DNA of 22,473 nucleotides from Octopus sinensis (taxonomy: Eukaryota), in assembly GCF_006345805.1 (NCBI RefSeq), contig NW_021836926.1, forward strand, positions 1-22,473. Reading direction: 5' to 3'. The notes beneath the pieces are model-generated. The model ran no database searches, was not told the DNA's origin, and worked only from the letters and a program-made list of their open reading frames with translations. The position numbers and the translations under genes are program-made. Positions 19,685 through 22,473 of this stretch are shown piece by piece; position 1 is the stretch's first letter; each line of letters begins with the position of its first letter.

Positions 19685-20059
19685 CTGCTTGAGAGGCGGT
19701 TGGATGGAACCTACACCCGCCTCCTTATGAGAGCTCAAAATCTCTCGTGGAAGCGCCATCCAACCAAAATGCAAATATATGGGAAACTACCACCTGTGTC
19801 ATCTCTTGTGAAAGGTAGGAGAGTCCAGTTTGCTGGACATTGTTGTAGAGCTGAAAAAGTGGTAATTTCTACTCTTCTCCTCTGGAAGCCATCTACTCGC
19901 AATACCAGTGGGCGCACACTCTCCTACCCTGATGTAATCTCCAGGGATACAGGCATCCAGCAACAGGACCTCCGTAATGCCATGATGGACCGTGAAGTCT
20001 GGCGTAGCATGGTAAATTCCATTGTCTCGACCACGGTCGAACAATGATGATGAAGATGA
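19685..20059 (+). mobile_element. RTE-clade LINE 3' end (5'-truncated), ORF tail open to its stop, with (TGA)n tail
   Basis: LERRLDGTYTRLLMRAQNLSWKRHPTKMQIYGKLPPVS...RRVQFAGHCCRA...LLLWKP...AMMDREVWR, typical of the RTE C-terminus. Stop at 20045-47, followed directly by TGATGATGAAGATGA. Confidence 0.88.
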
Positions 20060-20060
20060 C

Positions 20061-20333
<273 letters not shown>

Positions 20334-21985
20334 GGTGACTCACTTTCACCTTTAATATTCTGCATAGCCCTAATACCCCTTACAAGTGAATTAAACAGAA
20401 CAGGGTATGGGTATAAAATTGTCAATAAAAAAATAAGCCATCTATTTTATATGGATGACTTAAAACTTTATGGTAAAGACAATAATGAACTTGAAGGCCT
20501 ATTGCGCACCGTGAAAGCATTCAGCGATGACATCGGGATGGAGTTTGGACTTAAGAATGTGCCAGGCCACTTTCCAGAAAGGGAAAGTGAAGACCACAAA
20601 TTCAGTCGTGTTAGATGTTGACACAGTCATAAGAGAGCTTGAGCAAGAACAAACATACAAATATTTAGGGATAAATGAAGGCTCTGGTATTCAGCATGCA
20701 GCATGAAGAGAAGATCAGGAAGGAATGTTATAGGAGAGTTCGTGCAGTCCTGAAATCTGAACTAGATGCACGTACAAGGTGTTAGCTATAAATTCCTTAG
20801 CAGTTCCAGTTGTTACTTATAGCTACAATGTGTTGAACTGGAATATGAGTGAAGTAAAGAATATAGATAGGAAAATACGCAAGCTGCTGAGTTGTAATAG
20901 GATGCACCACCCAAAGGTAGACGTAGATCGCCTTTACCTTCCCAGAGCCCAAGGAGGTCGAGGCCTGATCCAATTTGAACTAGCTTACAAAACAAGCACA
21001 ATTGACTGGCCAAATATCTCGAAATATCGAATGACTGGATGCTAAAGCTCGTGGAAAATCACGAGACGAAAGAAGCTTCATTCTATCATAAAGGAAAGCA
21101 AAAAATTTGCTATTGATCTCGTGCAGGATACCCAAACTGAACAACCCGAGGGAAGTACGGCAACTATTGTTGCAAAGAAGGTGAAAATGATGGCAATGAA
21201 AAAAGCGCACGAGCAATTGGCTGATAGGTGGAGGAGAAACTCTGCACGGCAAATATGTGGCGCGCAGCAAACAGCTGATGTTGACCCAGAAGCAAACCCA
21301 TCAGTGGCTACGGAGCTCAGGGCTAAAAGCAGAGAGCGAAGGTTTCATCCTGGCTGCTCAAGATCAAAGCCTATTAACCCGGAACTACCAGGCCAATGTG
21401 ATGAAAATGGAGCAGACCCAAAATGCCGATTCTGCAACGACATGATTGAAACAGTGGACCATCTAATCTCTGGATGTAAAGTCTTAGCACCAGTGGAGTA
21501 TAAAGTAAGACATGACAGAGTTGGCCAATATATCCACTGGCTAATAAGTCGGCATTACAATATCAAAACTGCCGACAAGTGGTATAATCACCACCCTGAG
21601 GCTGTAACTGAAGGAGAAAATGTACCATTCTGTGGGACTTTCCATACATACAGACCGAACCATCAAGGCCAATAAACCAGATATTGTTGTGAAAGACCAA
21701 AACAATAAAGTTTGCTTATTGATCGACATGAGCATCCCTGTGATCATAATATCTCAGCGAAAGAGTTTGACAAGCTCAGAAATATAAAGACCTACTCATT
21801 GAATTGAGAAAATGTGGCATCTCAAGGCGGTTACAATACCAGTGATCGTAGGAGCACTAGGAATGATCAAGAAGAGAACCGAAAATTATATGAGAATGAT
21901 CCCTGGCTTACCATCCCTGCAAGAAGTGCAAAAGATTGTCTTAACTGGTACATCACACGTATTGAGAAGAGCATTGTCGTCGTGA
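20334..21985 (+). pseudogene. RT / zinc-knuckle / restriction-like endonuclease ORF remnant of the R4/Dong element
   Basis: GDSLSPLIFCIALIPL, SHLFYMDDLKL (YMDD 20448-59), FSDDIGMEFGL, YKYLGI, RLYLPRAQGGRGL, SEGFILAAQDQSL, CRFCNDMIETVDHLISGC, RHDRV, KPDIVVKD, IDMSIP, PVIVGALG, HVLRRALSS* (stop 21983-85). Many frameshifts. Confidence 0.93.
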
Positions 21986-22182
21986 GAGCTATTACTGCCC
22001 ATGTATTTTAATTTAACCTTAAAAAATAAAAAAATAAAAAAATAAAAATGAACGAACTATTGAGTTTGGTTTAATGGCCTACCAATGCATACTATGAGTT
22101 TCTTTGCCCTAGGAGTCGGGAAGACGCTCGGCAAGAAATGGAAGCAAATTTGAAAGAAGAAGAAGAAAAAAAAATAATAATA
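20334..22182 (+). mobile_element. 5'-truncated R4/Dong-clade non-LTR retrotransposon in a (TAA)n target
   Basis: Starts at GDSLSP immediately after (TAA)n; RT, CCHC and RLE motifs follow; ~190-bp 3' UTR ends (GAA)n-A-rich-(TAA). Confidence 0.92.
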
Positions 22183-22473
22183 GTAGGAGTAGAAATGAAA
22201 ATAATAATCATTATCATTATTGATATCATTGTTATTTTTTTTAATTATTGTTGTTGTCATTGGGGTTGTTTCTGTCGATGAATTATCACTAGTAGACTTA
22301 GGAAAAAACAAACACAACAAACAAAAGCTACAAACAAAAATAAAACAAAACAAAACTAACAACCAGTAAAGTTACTCCAGCAGATGTCGCTACCTTCAGC
22401 TTCCATACAATGAAACTATTAATAATTTAATTGTTTCTCTTCTTTAGTTTTATCAACATTTCTTACTTCCCAT

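Noticed and set aside
19700-20047. 115-aa ORF as an independent gene
   Set aside because: It is the C-terminal part of an RTE LINE ORF, starting at a non-ATG codon within a 5'-truncated copy.

Overview
AT-rich eukaryotic DNA, almost entirely repeat-derived, with no recognisable host protein-coding exon. The tRNA-derived SINE families and the dense (TACA)n/(TA)n/(TAA)n microsatellites resemble octopus (cephalopod) genomic DNA; this is an inference from recognising the repeats. The window contains many SINE copies (several with clear target-site duplications, TSDs), a near-complete pseudogenised mariner transposon, Tc1/mariner fragments, a hAT-type MITE, RTE-, HERO- and Penelope-like remnants, and a 5'-truncated R4/Dong-clade LINE inside a (TAA)n tract. 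Most ORFs in the supplied track are microsatellite or SINE artefacts. The most interesting signal is at 16280-16764: two nearly identical minimal type-I hammerhead ribozyme motifs in inverted orientation. Their flanks can be reassembled into a ~250-nt circularly permuted monomer, a candidate retrozyme or Penelope pLTR-derived self-cleaving/circular RNA unit. Two further degenerate hammerhead-like motifs lie at ~4660 and ~9985.
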